DNA of 64,000 nucleotides from an uncultured Thermococci archaeon (GCA_964549615.1 CAZJVP010000051.1:32001-96000), one strand, 5' to 3'. Positions 29,529-40,306 are shown, counted from the stretch's first letter. Notes: generated by a model from the letters alone, not told the origin. Numbers and translations are program-made.

Positions 29529-30488
29529 TTAGGCTAGTGCTATCAATCCCACCCCGAGGGCCATGATCGCCGCCGCGATGAGCTTCAGGTTGGTTCTCTC
29601 CTCCCCCAATATCTCGAAGCCGAACAGGACCGCGAACATGATCGACGTCGAGCGAAGCGAGATGACGTATGAGACCTCGACCGTTCGCATGGCAAAGAGG
29701 ACCAAGAGATACGAGAAGATGCACAGGAAGCCCACCGCGATGGCTTGCCTCCAAGATTTCGACGCGCCCATCCGCATCCTCGCAAGTCCGTAGCGTCTGA
29801 GGAAGAGCGGTGAGAGGAGCAGGCCGCAGACCGTAAACGTCAGGTAGAGGTAGACCACGGGGTCGACCAGCGAAACGCCGACCTTGTCTATGGTCTGATA
29901 GAAGGATATGCAGAGACCCGTCGCGATCGCTGCTGCGGATGCGGGGCTTGCCAACCTGGCAGCCGTTTGCCCGAGAGACAGCCCGCCCTTGGCCGGTTGA
30001 TGGAAGAGATAGATGGATAGCATTGTGAGCAGAATTCCAGCCCAGCCGATGCTCGAGGGTCGCTCCCCAAGCAGCATGAGCGCCCAGGTCAGCGTGAGGA
30101 CAGGCGCCAGCCCCCTGGCCAGAGGGTAGGCGTGGGACAGATCACCCCGGGAGTAGCTCCTTCCAAGGAGCAAGAAGTAGAAGCAGTATACCGAGCCGGT
30201 GCCGAGGATGCACATCCATCCCTGCCAGGGGATATCCGTGCCGGGCGCGGTCAGGAGGAAGAGAGGAGTGTACAGCAGTATCGCAGCCCAGACATACAGA
30301 AATGAGAAGAGTGCTTTGTCTTCGGACTTCTTGAAAAGGAGGTTCCAGTAGGCATGGAGCAGGGCGGAGACCAAGACGAGGGCCACTGGGAATAGGATCG
30401 TACGATCACCGGCGGGTGCAGGTACGAGATACCCGGGGATATGAATCTCCTGTCGATCCCCATCGAGAACGCTGATATTCCAGAGCAC
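29529..30488 (-). CDS. EamA/DMT family transporter
   Basis: LVSALLHAYWN, GDLSHAYPLARG; about 10 TM helices. Start probably ~30400. Confidence 0.88.
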   Translation of the reverse strand: MLWNISVLDGDRQEIHIPGYLVPAPAGDRTILFPVALVLVSALLHAYWNLLFKKSEDKALFSFLYVWAAILLYTPLFLLTAPGTDIPWQGWMCILGTGSVYCFYFLLLGRSYSRGDLSHAYPLARGLAPVLTLTWALMLLGERPSSIGWAGILLTMLSIYLFHQPAKGGLSLGQTAARLASPASAAAIATGLCISFYQTIDKVGVSLVDPVVYLYLTFTVCGLLLSPLFLRRYGLARMRMGASKSWRQAIAVGFLCIFSYLLVLFAMRTVEVSYVISLRSTSIMFAVLFGFEILGEERTNLKLIAAAIMALGVGLIALA

Positions 30489-30591
30489 AATCTCGAGTTG
30501 GGATCATGCGGTGGCGGGTTGATTTTGGTCCCAGTGTCAGGGGCGAGCGCTCACAAAGCTTTTTGAAAATCCGTCTCCAGTTGAGGTTCGC

Positions 30592-32616
30592 ATGTGGCGC
30601 GTCGAGGTCGCAGAGAACCCGGACTGGGGGTACGCCAGGAATCTCCAACTCGTCCTCAAGACGCATCTTGCGGAGTATTCGTCCTCCGTCTTTTCCGTCC
30701 CACTCGAGGCAGGCGGCCTGAGGTACTATGGCGGAAACAGGGACTATTCATGGCAGGGCTTGATCGTCGGTCCGATCGACGGCGTCCTATACAAGACGCT
30801 TGACGGGCTGTTCTACTCAACGGGGTCTCAGCTCGCGGCGAGGCATGTCTGGTACCAGCCCGGCGAGTTCTCGTACGGATATGAAGATCCGGCCGGACAG
30901 GCATTCGTGGTCAGGATCGCTTTGGATGACCTGCAGGGACGAATCTTTCTGAGGGCTGCGGCAAACAAGCCCTGCTGGTTCGCCGTCCCGCTGGATCTTA
31001 GGCCGGCGGAGAGGTGGACCGAGGCCAGCTACGCGGTCCGTTGGCTCGAAGGGAGCGTCGTGATCCAGAGCGACGCAGCGCCCGTTACGGTCACGATGCG
31101 AGGCTTCAGCGCAAGGCAGGACCTGAACATGTCCCTGAACTGGAGGTACAAACTCGGCGACGGGTTCAGGGAGATCAGGGACGGGCTCGTGGCCTTTTCT
31201 GAGCACCGACGGCCGATCCATCTGCCCTTTGCGCTCTACTGCCCAAATGGGCTTCTGGAGGTTCAGGTTGACGCTGAACCGCGCCTGCCGACAAACCTTC
31301 CTCGGGCGGAAAGTCGCGCTGCGGTTCGCCTGGGAACCGGCAGGGTGGCCCAGGCCTTACGGTTGCGCATCGAGAACCTTGGCACCTTCGGAATCCCCGT
31401 CGCCGGAACATGGTTTCCCGAGGCCGGAGCCTGGTGGTTCAGGAAGCCGTGGATCAGGGACGCGATCGAGGGGCTGAGATGGAACATCAGGACCTACGTA
31501 GAGATCCTCGGGCGCTCTGGCCCCGTGGGTTCGCTGGTGCTCGGGCTGCTGGACCTGCTCGAATCCCGCGGGGGGCTTCCCATCATATACGGCGAGGGGG
31601 GATGCTTTTCAAGCGATGCGCCGCCGCTCCTTCTGACCGTTGCTTGTGAACTGGCCCGTCTAGGTCAAAGCCGGAACCTTGCGCTGAGGGCCGTTGACGT
31701 GGCGCGACATGTCTGCGAAAATCTTCTTGCTGGCAAATCCGTCTCAGGTTCGGTCTTGGCAGACTCCGTCATCTGCTGCCCGGCGAGTTCATCTTGGCTC
31801 GATTCCGTCATCTCTCTGGGCGGCATTAGATGGCCCACCAGGATTCCGCGATCTTGGGCCGCAGAGGGCCTTGATCCGCGCTCAAGCGAGTTCGGGTTGG
31901 TCGAGGTCAATGCCCTCTACATCGAGTCGCTTGGCAGGGTGCTCGAGTGCGCGGCGGAGATGGGCCTCGGTGTGTCGGCCGTACTGGAGCAGGTGGCCGG
32001 GGAGCTCGTCCACGGGTTCAAAGCCCGTTTCAGGCGGCAAGACTCCCTCCCCTTCTTGACGATCGTGCCAAGCCATGGGCTCGCCGATCCCACTCCGGGC
32101 TCCCCCGCCCTGGTGAGCCTGGCATGCCTGAAGGACTCGATCTATACAAGAAACGAGCTGAGCCGACTTTGGAACCAGGCTAGGACCGATCTGTTGGTCG
32201 AAAGAACGCCAATGGTTCTGGGAGGTGGAAGGCTTCCGTTCGGGGTCTTGGTCAGGGCAGGCGAAAGGCGCCCCTACCTCGGTGATGAGGAGTACCACGG
32301 CCCCACCGTCTGGCCAAGGGATACGCCCTATCTCATACGCCTGCTTGAGGCGACGGGGGGAGATGTCAGAGGCATCCTCCTAAACAATCTTGACCACATG
32401 ATTGCCGAGGGGGCCTTCGGATACTGCAGCGAGCTGTTTAGCCTGCCGGTGGGGTGCGCGGCGGGTGGGATGTCGGACAATCCGGTTCCTGTGAAGAACC
32501 CGGCCCAGTACTGGAGCCATTGGTGCGACCCCTACCTGGACCATCTTCGCGATCTTGGGCTTAGGTCGCTAGGTCGGGAAAAAGCTGTTGAGCGGAACGC
32601 AGTTCAGGCCGACTAG
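30592..32616 (+). CDS. Amylo-alpha-1,6-glucosidase/glycogen-debranching-like (alpha/alpha)6 protein
   Basis: AGAWWF..PWIRD, SSDAP, SWLDS, VEVNAL, YHGPTVWP, SELF, AQYWS; lies in the glycogen cluster. Confidence 0.75.
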   Translation: MWRVEVAENPDWGYARNLQLVLKTHLAEYSSSVFSVPLEAGGLRYYGGNRDYSWQGLIVGPIDGVLYKTLDGLFYSTGSQLAARHVWYQPGEFSYGYEDPAGQAFVVRIALDDLQGRIFLRAAANKPCWFAVPLDLRPAERWTEASYAVRWLEGSVVIQSDAAPVTVTMRGFSARQDLNMSLNWRYKLGDGFREIRDGLVAFSEHRRPIHLPFALYCPNGLLEVQVDAEPRLPTNLPRAESRAAVRLGTGRVAQALRLRIENLGTFGIPVAGTWFPEAGAWWFRKPWIRDAIEGLRWNIRTYVEILGRSGPVGSLVLGLLDLLESRGGLPIIYGEGGCFSSDAPPLLLTVACELARLGQSRNLALRAVDVARHVCENLLAGKSVSGSVLADSVICCPASSSWLDSVISLGGIRWPTRIPRSWAAEGLDPRSSEFGLVEVNALYIESLGRVLECAAEMGLGVSAVLEQVAGELVHGFKARFRRQDSLPFLTIVPSHGLADPTPGSPALVSLACLKDSIYTRNELSRLWNQARTDLLVERTPMVLGGGRLPFGVLVRAGERRPYLGDEEYHGPTVWPRDTPYLIRLLEATGGDVRGILLNNLDHMIAEGAFGYCSELFSLPVGCAAGGMSDNPVPVKNPAQYWSHWCDPYLDHLRDLGLRSLGREKAVERNAVQAD

Positions 32617-32625
32617 GAGGCAGGG

Positions 32626-32958
32626 TTACCGCAGGCGGCTTTTCCGGAGTCTATCAAGCCTTCCGTCGACGGCCTTTCGAAGCATGGCGCGCAGCTCCTC
32701 GCCTTTCAGCCCCTTCTCCCTTAGGCGGCCTACCTGCTTCGCCAGAACATCATCGCCGAGCGATCGTATCCAGTTCTCGAAGTCGCCCCTGTTGACATGG
32801 AACTCTATGGAGGCGATATCGATATCCTCGAGGGCCTTGGCAAAGCTCGGCAGACCCGTCGCAGATCTTCCCGTGTAACGGTCGATGTCGGTGTAGAAGT
32901 AGAACGCCTTCTCGCCCGGCACATCCTCAAGCAGCTTCTCCGTCTTCGATTTGGCCAT
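32626..32958 (-). CDS. DUF5752-like small protein
   Basis: VPGEKAFYF, SIEFH, DFENWI motifs. Confidence 0.8.
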   Translation of the reverse strand: MAKSKTEKLLEDVPGEKAFYFYTDIDRYTGRSATGLPSFAKALEDIDIASIEFHVNRGDFENWIRSLGDDVLAKQVGRLREKGLKGEELRAMLRKAVDGRLDRLRKSRLR

Positions 32959-33175
32959 GTAGGTCCCCCCTGGAACCTCGCACGGTTGGTGATGAACCTG
33001 TTTATAATTCTTCCTGCCGCAGGCGCGGAAGCCTCAATTCTGTCCACGACAAGCAAGCTTGGCTCTGATGACGAAGGAATCGTCGGCATTGAAAAGGCAG
33101 GCCATCCCCGGGGGATCATCTATTAGAATGATGCCGGATCCTGCGTATTGTGAGATCGCAGGCAGGAGACTGCTG

Positions 33176-34420
33176 ATGAGGATAGCCTTCTTCGCTTGGG
33201 AGTACCCCCCGGTCGTGGTCGGCGGGCTGGGGATGTATGCTGAGAACATGGCCAGGGCTATTGTGGAGCTGGGGCACGACGTCGCGGTGTTTGCCCTCAA
33301 CAACGGGCAGCTGCCCACGCGGGAGATCATGAGGGGAGTCGAGGTTCACAGGCCCATCATAACCGATGCGTCCAAGATCTTTCCCCTCCTCTCAGAGGAG
33401 CTGAGGGGCTGGGGGGACAATGTGAAGTTCTTCAGCGACTTCTTCCAGTACAACCTGCTGTCCGCCTCGAAGTTGGTGAACAGTCTGGCCAAAAAGGAAG
33501 GATTCAGGTACGACCTCGTAAGCTTCCACGACTGGCTCAACAGCGTTGCCGGGCTGATCACCAAGGACGAGCTGAAACTGCCCGCCGTCTTCCATGCCCA
33601 TTCCACGGAATGGGGTAGAACCGGGGGCGGGTCCGCCATCGTGAACCGGCTTGAATGGGAGGCTGCCACCCGGGCCGATTCGATCATTACGGTGAGCCAC
33701 GCCATGAAGCGGGACCTCGTCGACCACAGCTGGCCTGAGGACAAGATACACGTCATTTGGAACGGCATAGACCCCCAGACCTACGATCCCCGTTCATGCG
33801 ACCCGGCTGATACGCAGTCCTTGAGGGCTGCCTACGGCATCGGGGAGGAGGACGAGATGATCCTGTTCGTCGGCCGGCTCACGTGGGTGAAGGGTGCCAA
33901 GAACTTGGTGCAGGCGATGCCGCAGGTCCTGAGCCAGCATCCTAAAGCCAAGCTTGTCCTGCTCGGAGAGGGGGAGGAGCAAGCCGAGTTGCAGGCCCTG
34001 GCCTCGAGGCTGGGCATAGGGGATAGACTGCGGTTCCGCTTCCAATTCGTGCCCGAGCGTGAAAGGGTCGCCCACTACGCGGCGGCGGATCTGTGCGTTT
34101 TCCCGTCGATATACGAGCCATTCGGCATAGTCGGCTTGGAGGCGATGGCGATGGAGAAGCCGCTGGTCGTCGGCGCAAAGGGCGTCGTCGGACTGAGGGA
34201 GCAGGTGGTCCCCTCGGGCCCGGACCAGACGGGCATACACGTTGACGGCAACAGCCCCATGGATATCGCATGGGGCATCATGGCGGCGCTGAGCGACAGG
34301 GAGAGGGCGAGGAGCTGGGGCAGGAACGGAAGGAGGAGGGTCCTGCAGCATTTCACCTGGAGAAGGGTTGCGGAGCAGACGATCAGTCGCTACGAAGAAG
34401 CGATTCAAGCTCGCGGATGA
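33176..34420 (+). CDS. GT4 glycosyltransferase (glycogen-synthase-like)
   Basis: WEYPP..GGLG, HDW, HSTEWGR, FVGRL, YEPFGIVGLEAMA. Confidence 0.9.
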   Translation: MRIAFFAWEYPPVVVGGLGMYAENMARAIVELGHDVAVFALNNGQLPTREIMRGVEVHRPIITDASKIFPLLSEELRGWGDNVKFFSDFFQYNLLSASKLVNSLAKKEGFRYDLVSFHDWLNSVAGLITKDELKLPAVFHAHSTEWGRTGGGSAIVNRLEWEAATRADSIITVSHAMKRDLVDHSWPEDKIHVIWNGIDPQTYDPRSCDPADTQSLRAAYGIGEEDEMILFVGRLTWVKGAKNLVQAMPQVLSQHPKAKLVLLGEGEEQAELQALASRLGIGDRLRFRFQFVPERERVAHYAAADLCVFPSIYEPFGIVGLEAMAMEKPLVVGAKGVVGLREQVVPSGPDQTGIHVDGNSPMDIAWGIMAALSDRERARSWGRNGRRRVLQHFTWRRVAEQTISRYEEAIQARG

Positions 34421-34468
34421 TCCGCCGGCTGCTTAAGGTTCGAAGACTTTTCGGGATGTGGTCGGGTC

Positions 34469-36010
34469 ATGCCGGATATCTGTCTCGGGTTCGAGGTCCA
34501 CCAGCCGTTCAGGATAGATGGAAGCTTCCGTGACGAACTCGCCAGGGGGAAGAGGCTGGGGAAGCTTCTCGACGTCTATTTTGACAACAGGCTGAACCGC
34601 GACGTGCTCAAGAGGGTTGCCGCGAAGTGTTACCTCCCTGCCAACGAGATCGTCCTAAGGGAGATCGACGAGCTGAAGGATATGGGGCGGGAGTTCAGGG
34701 TGGTCTACAGCCTCTCGGGGGTTTTGGTGGAGCAGTTGGAGCGGTGGGCGCCCGATGCGCTTGCGACCTTCAGGCAGCTCGCAGAGACGGGCCGGGTGGA
34801 GTTTCTCGCCCAGACCTACTACCACTCGCTGTCGAGCCTCTATTCCTCCGAGAGAAGCGAGTTCATCGAGCAGGTGCGGCTTCATGTTGCGCTCATGCGG
34901 GATGTGTTCGGCCTGGAGCCAAGGGTGTTCGAGAACACGGAATTCATCTACAACGACGAGATCGCGAGGGTCGTCCAGGGGATGGGTTTTGCGGGCATGT
35001 TCACGGAGGGCCGTCCGAGGATACTTGGGTGGAGGTCGCCTAACCACGTCTACAGGGCGGGCGGGTGTGGCATAGCCGTTCTGCTCAGGAACCACGTATT
35101 GTCCGACGACATAGCATTCAGGTTCTCGGCCCGGGATTGGCTGGAGTGGCCCCTGACCGCCGACAAGTATGCTTCGTGGCTCTCGGCAACCGCGGGCGAG
35201 TGCGTGGTCGTATTCATCGACTACGAGACCTTTGGGGAGCATCACTGGCCAGAGACCGGGATACTTGAGTTCCTGAGATGGTTGCCGATCGAGGTGGCCA
35301 AACAGGGGAACCTCTCCTTCAAGACGGCGTCCGAATTGATAGCCTCTCACCAGCCCGTCGGGGAGGTCAGCGTCGCTCCACTGGATACGGTCTCCTGGGC
35401 GGATGCCGACGGGACGACGAACGCTTGGTTGGGCAACGATATGCAGAGGACATCGTATCATGCTTTGAGGAGGATGGAGCCTTGGGTGAGGAGGACTGGA
35501 AACCAGGAGATACTGAGGCTCTGGAGGCTTCTTCAGACCAGTGACCATCTCTACTATATGTACACCCAGCCGGGAGCATCGGGTCTCGTCCATGGATACT
35601 TCAGCTCGCAGCCGCCGGCCAGGGCGTTCAGGGCGTTCATGAGGATACTCTCAAGCTTGCAGAAGAGGACGGCCCAGCATCTCGCGGAGCCCTACGCGAC
35701 TTCCGCCCGACTTCTCCGTGCCGTCCCGCCGGACGTGGCCTTCCATTTCCACGAGGATGGGAGGTACATCGATCTCTCGGCACATTCTCTGGAGGAGTTC
35801 CACGATGCCCTAGCTCTCGCCAGCGACCGCTCGATCCTGTTTCACAGCAAGTCGAAGGATTTCGAAAGATGGGTCGGCGGCACCATAGGCGATGTCAAGC
35901 TTGCGCGGCTCATCCGAAGGATTGCAGGAACAAGCGCATCTGAGCTCCGAACCAATCTGAGAGGATGCGTAGAGGGGAGGTTGAACGAGCTAAAGCTAGG
36001 GTCCTGCTAG
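34469..36010 (+). CDS. GH57 alpha-amylase/glucanotransferase with C-terminal DUF5752-like domain
   Basis: FEVHQP, QTYYHSL, ENTE, DYETFGEH, TSDHLYYM; C-terminal VPPDVAFHF..DFERWV. Confidence 0.9.
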   Translation: MPDICLGFEVHQPFRIDGSFRDELARGKRLGKLLDVYFDNRLNRDVLKRVAAKCYLPANEIVLREIDELKDMGREFRVVYSLSGVLVEQLERWAPDALATFRQLAETGRVEFLAQTYYHSLSSLYSSERSEFIEQVRLHVALMRDVFGLEPRVFENTEFIYNDEIARVVQGMGFAGMFTEGRPRILGWRSPNHVYRAGGCGIAVLLRNHVLSDDIAFRFSARDWLEWPLTADKYASWLSATAGECVVVFIDYETFGEHHWPETGILEFLRWLPIEVAKQGNLSFKTASELIASHQPVGEVSVAPLDTVSWADADGTTNAWLGNDMQRTSYHALRRMEPWVRRTGNQEILRLWRLLQTSDHLYYMYTQPGASGLVHGYFSSQPPARAFRAFMRILSSLQKRTAQHLAEPYATSARLLRAVPPDVAFHFHEDGRYIDLSAHSLEEFHDALALASDRSILFHSKSKDFERWVGGTIGDVKLARLIRRIAGTSASELRTNLRGCVEGRLNELKLGSC

Positions 36011-36229
36011 GATCTCGTCTCGTCGCCTTTGCCATTTGCGTAATGCCGGCAGGAAGGGTGACCAGATATTTTTATGGAAGGCTCACCGTTGGTTCCCAGC
36101 TGCGGTTGGGACCGCGGTCGCCGGGAAGCGATTCCTGGGGATATGTTGTGGGCGGCTCGCGGTCGGAAGGTCACGCTTGGTCCGTGGAGACTGTGATAGG
36201 ATTGCGCCAAGGGGGTATACGCTTTTAGA

Positions 36230-37390
36230 GTGGCCATGCTTGCGTGGGAGTCCCTCTATACGGTCCAAGTAGGCGGGCTTGCGGTGGCGGTGAGCAACCT
36301 GGCGGAGGAGCTTGCTCGCGCCGGACACGAGGTCCACTATTTCACCCGAAGGGCGCCCGGGCAGCCGGGGTACATGGAGATCAATGGCGTCCACTACGAG
36401 ACCTTCCCATCCGATCCCGGGCTTGGCACTTACGCGTTTGCACACAGCCTCTCGATGTCGATCGTCGATGGCCTTCACCAGGTCGAGAGACATGTGGGGG
36501 AGTTCGACATAGTGCACGGGCACGACTGGCTGATGATCGATGCCCTGCACGCCCTGAAGAATGAGGGCCGACCGGTCGTCCTCACCTATCATTCGACCGA
36601 GTACGGTCGGAACGGGGGAGCATTCGGCAGCTGGCCGGAGTTCGCGCAGATCTCGGCGGTAGAGCGACGTGGGGGAGCCATCGCGGACCGGGTGACCACG
36701 GTCTCGCGCTGCATGAAGGAGGAGCTGAACTTCCTCTACGGGATTTCGCCGGGCAAGATAGACGTCATTCCCAACGGGATAGATCCGCTCAAGTTCAGGC
36801 TCAAGCTCGATCCCGGCGCGACGAAGCAGAGGTACGGCCTACACCCGTTGGCGCCGGTGGTGATGTTCATCGGAAGGCTGGAACATCAGAAAGGGCCGGA
36901 TATTCTGGTGGAAGCGATTCCCAAGGTCCTTGCGAATAGATGGGATGCGAGGTTCATCTTCAGCGGGCGGGGCAGCATGAGGAGCTACCTTGAGCGCAGG
37001 GCCGGTGAGCTCGGGGTTGCACACGCCGCGAAATTTCTCGATTTCCTGCCGCACCGGGACTTCATCGAGCTTCTCAACTCCTCAGATATAGTGTGCCTGC
37101 CCAGCAGGAACGAACCTTTCGGGATAGCGCTTCTCGAGGCATGGGCTGCCGAGAGACCCGTCGTGGCGGCAGACGTTGGGGGTTTCGGCGAGAACATCGA
37201 GGACTCCGTGGACGGTATCAAGGTCCTTCCGAACCCAGATTCCGTTGCCCGGGGAATCAACTACCTGCTCGATTCGCCCGAGCTCATGCGGAAGATATCC
37301 CAGGGCGGTGCCAGGAAGGTCAGGCAGTTCAGCTGGGAGAAGGCCGTATCCAAGCTGATTGGCACCTATTCCGCGGTCTTGCACGGATAG
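36230..37390 (+). CDS. GT4 glycosyltransferase (glycogen-synthase-like), second paralog
   Basis: WES...VGGL, HGHDW, HSTEYGR, SRNEPFGIALLEAW. Confidence 0.9.
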   Translation: MAMLAWESLYTVQVGGLAVAVSNLAEELARAGHEVHYFTRRAPGQPGYMEINGVHYETFPSDPGLGTYAFAHSLSMSIVDGLHQVERHVGEFDIVHGHDWLMIDALHALKNEGRPVVLTYHSTEYGRNGGAFGSWPEFAQISAVERRGGAIADRVTTVSRCMKEELNFLYGISPGKIDVIPNGIDPLKFRLKLDPGATKQRYGLHPLAPVVMFIGRLEHQKGPDILVEAIPKVLANRWDARFIFSGRGSMRSYLERRAGELGVAHAAKFLDFLPHRDFIELLNSSDIVCLPSRNEPFGIALLEAWAAERPVVAADVGGFGENIEDSVDGIKVLPNPDSVARGINYLLDSPELMRKISQGGARKVRQFSWEKAVSKLIGTYSAVLHG

Positions 37391-37422
37391 CCTCTGCCGA
37401 GCCTTGACGGGCCGGTTTCGCC

Positions 37423-39192
37423 CTAAAGGTAGGCCTCGGTGACGTACCGGTACATCATCCTGTTGCTGTTGAAATAGTAGGCTATCTTGCCGATCGAGTT
37501 CTTCATGAGCTCGATCCACTCGCTCCTTCTCTGGTAGAAGGTTGGGCCTATCACGTAGGAGAGCTTGCCGTATAGGTCGTCGAGTTCCCGGCTGCGGCGG
37601 GCCTCGGGGCTCAGACTCTCCTCGGGTGCCGGTCCTATGGACCAGCCGGTCACGCCCTCGATGCATCCCTCGACCCACCAGCCGTCCAAGACGCTGAAGT
37701 TAACCACGCCGTTGTGGGCCGCCTTCATGCCGCTGGTCCCGGAGGCCTCGAAGGGCGGTAGGGGCGTGTTCAGCCAGACATCGACCCCGGCGGTGAGCTT
37801 GGCCGCCATCTGCATGTTGTAGTCCTCGAGGTACACGATGGGGATCTCGTTGCCGACCTCCCTGATGTGTCCGTGGATCTCCTCTATGAGCTGCTTGCCC
37901 CAGGTATCCTTGGGGTGTGCCTTCCCGGCGAACACGGCTTGTATCCGATGCTTCCTATTCGCGTCCTTCAGCCTTTCCAGATCCGCGAAGAGGAGGTTGG
38001 GTCGTTTGTAGGCGGTCGCCCTGCGCGCGAAACCGAGGGTCAGGACGGTGGGATCAAGGTTGATCTCTGTCTTCTTCCAGACGAAGTCAAGAAGCTCCTT
38101 CTTGGCCTGCATATGCGCGTCCCAGATCTCTTCATCCGGGATGATATCGACCCTCACGAGCAGGGCAGGCTCGTTTGCCCAGCCGGGCAGATACCTGTCG
38201 TACAGCCTCCTCATGCTCTCGCACGTCCATGTGTAGGAGTGCACGCCGTTGTTGATCGCGGTGATGTGGTGCCCCGGGAAGAGCTGCATGGAGAGATCCC
38301 TGTGCCTGTTGGCAACGCCGTTGACGTACTTGCTGAGATTCAGGGCAAGTGCGGTCATGTTCAGCTTGTCCCGTCCGCCAAGCTGTTTGAGCAGATCCAA
38401 CGGTATGATCGGCCCCATGATGGCCTGGACGAGGTCGTAGGGGAACTTGTCATGGCCCGCCTCAACCGGGGTGTGGGTGGTGAATATGCACAGGTCCCTC
38501 ACCGTGTCTGGAGCCATGCCGTTCGCGCGGAGAAGCTCGACCGCCAGCAGGCTCGAGTGGCCCTCGTTCATGTGGTATCGGCTGACCTTGAATCCCGCCG
38601 CCTCCAGCATGCGCACGCCGCCGATGCCGAGGACGATCTCCTGCTTCAACCTATACGCCTCGTCGCCGCCGTAGAGATAGTCGGTGATCGCCCTGTCTTG
38701 GGGCGCGTTGCCGTCCACATTCGTGTCCAGGAAGAGGATTGATACCAGCCCGCCGGTGGGGCTGACGTGATCATAAAGCCACGCCTTCACGCGAACCTCC
38801 CTGCCCTCTATCTGCACCCTGACCTGACAGGGAAGCTCGTTCATGAACTTGGCAGGATCCCATTCCACGGGCTCCTCAATCTGCTTGCCTTCCTTGGTGA
38901 TCCTCTGCCTCAGGTAGCCCTTCCTGCTAACCAGCGAAACCGCGACGAGCGGTATCCTCATATCTGCGCTTGACCTTATCGTATCGCCGGCCAGTACCCC
39001 CAGTCCGCCGCTGTAGGTGGGCATGTCGTCGTTCAACCCGATCTCCATCGAGAAGTAGGCTACCCTCTTTCCCTCCAAGAAGGCGTGCCGGCAGTAGTCG
39101 CTGCAGAAGCGGTATGTCCTTCCGCGCACGTCGACCTTGTGCCTGTCTGGATCGTCTCCAATGGGGACTCCGCACTGCGGATCGATGAACAT
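37423..39192 (-). CDS. glgP: Alpha-glucan phosphorylase with N-terminal YHS/TRASH domain
   Basis: AYFSMEIG, YSGGLGVLAGD, HMNEGH, FARRATAYKR, EASGTSGMK; N-terminal DPQCG..YRFCSDYC. Confidence 0.92.
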   Translation of the reverse strand: MFIDPQCGVPIGDDPDRHKVDVRGRTYRFCSDYCRHAFLEGKRVAYFSMEIGLNDDMPTYSGGLGVLAGDTIRSSADMRIPLVAVSLVSRKGYLRQRITKEGKQIEEPVEWDPAKFMNELPCQVRVQIEGREVRVKAWLYDHVSPTGGLVSILFLDTNVDGNAPQDRAITDYLYGGDEAYRLKQEIVLGIGGVRMLEAAGFKVSRYHMNEGHSSLLAVELLRANGMAPDTVRDLCIFTTHTPVEAGHDKFPYDLVQAIMGPIIPLDLLKQLGGRDKLNMTALALNLSKYVNGVANRHRDLSMQLFPGHHITAINNGVHSYTWTCESMRRLYDRYLPGWANEPALLVRVDIIPDEEIWDAHMQAKKELLDFVWKKTEINLDPTVLTLGFARRATAYKRPNLLFADLERLKDANRKHRIQAVFAGKAHPKDTWGKQLIEEIHGHIREVGNEIPIVYLEDYNMQMAAKLTAGVDVWLNTPLPPFEASGTSGMKAAHNGVVNFSVLDGWWVEGCIEGVTGWSIGPAPEESLSPEARRSRELDDLYGKLSYVIGPTFYQRRSEWIELMKNSIGKIAYYFNSNRMMYRYVTEAYL

Positions 39193-39391
39193 ATGTCGTG
39201 ACCTCTCAGGTCAAGTCGCGCGGACGCCGACGCCCACGTTGGCTTGGTACCTTGGAAGAGCACGGTTGCTGGGTGACCCTTGAAAATGGTTCCGCCAAAA
39301 AGGATGGTAAGTTGGAAAAAGGACAGCCAAGCATTCGACCGCCAGAGGTTGGACCCTTTGCTAGGAGGCTTGCAGAGCCCCGTGCGGCGCC

Positions 39392-40306
39392 TCAGGGCTG
39401 CCCGCCTCCGAGTTCTATGGCCTTCCTGACGAATCCGCCCGACCTCTTGAGGAGTTCCGATGCTTTTTCACGGTCCTGACCGGTCTTGGCCATAACCAGG
39501 GCGACCTTGACGTTGTACCCTGCGTCTTGCAACAATCGGTCGGCTTCGCTCGGCGAAAGGCCGGTCGTCAGGGCAAGGATCTTCCTTGCTCTCGAGCGCA
39601 GCTTCTCGCTCCAGGGTTGCAGGTCGACCATCAAGTTGCCGTAGACCTTTCCTAGCTTGATCATGGACGCTGTGCTGATCATGGTAAGAATGAGCTTCTG
39701 GGCCGTTGCGGCCTTCATGCGGGTCGATCCGGCAATGACCTCGGGCCCGGTGGGGACGGATATGCAGAGGTCGCATAGATCGGATAGCTCGGAGTTGGGC
39801 GTGCAGTCTATGCCCACCGTTCGTGCGCCAACCTCCTTGGCCCGCTTGAGGGCCGCAACGACCCAGGGGGTCCTCCCGCTTGCCGCAAGGCCGATCACCA
39901 GATCACCCGCGCGGACCCCGGCCTCGGACACGGCCTTCATTCCATCGGCCGCGCTGTCCTCGGCGCCCTCCTTTGCGCGAAACACCGCGTCAGGCCCTCC
40001 CGCGATGAGACCGCGGACTAGGTCAGGGGGTGTCCTGAACGTAGGCGGGCACTCCGCCGCGTCGATGATCCCGAGCCTGCCGCTCGTGCCGGCGCCCACG
40101 TAGAAGATTCGGCCGCCGGATCTGATCGTCTTGACGTATCGATCCACGGCCTCGGCAATCAGAGGGATCCTGGAGGAAACGACGATGGGAACCGACTTGT
40201 CCTCCTCGTTGATGAGGGTCAGGATGTCGACGGTCTGCATGGAGTCGATGTCCTTGGTCTTGGGATTCCTCGCCTCGGTCAGCAGCCTGTCCAAGTCAAC
40301 GCCCAT
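39392..40306 (-). CDS. murQ: N-acetylmuramic acid 6-phosphate etherase
   Basis: TEARNP, GAGTSGRLG, DAAECPPTF, EGAED, GPEVIAGSTRMKA, GKVYGNLMVD. Confidence 0.93.
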   Translation of the reverse strand: MGVDLDRLLTEARNPKTKDIDSMQTVDILTLINEEDKSVPIVVSSRIPLIAEAVDRYVKTIRSGGRIFYVGAGTSGRLGIIDAAECPPTFRTPPDLVRGLIAGGPDAVFRAKEGAEDSAADGMKAVSEAGVRAGDLVIGLAASGRTPWVVAALKRAKEVGARTVGIDCTPNSELSDLCDLCISVPTGPEVIAGSTRMKAATAQKLILTMISTASMIKLGKVYGNLMVDLQPWSEKLRSRARKILALTTGLSPSEADRLLQDAGYNVKVALVMAKTGQDREKASELLKRSGGFVRKAIELGGGQP

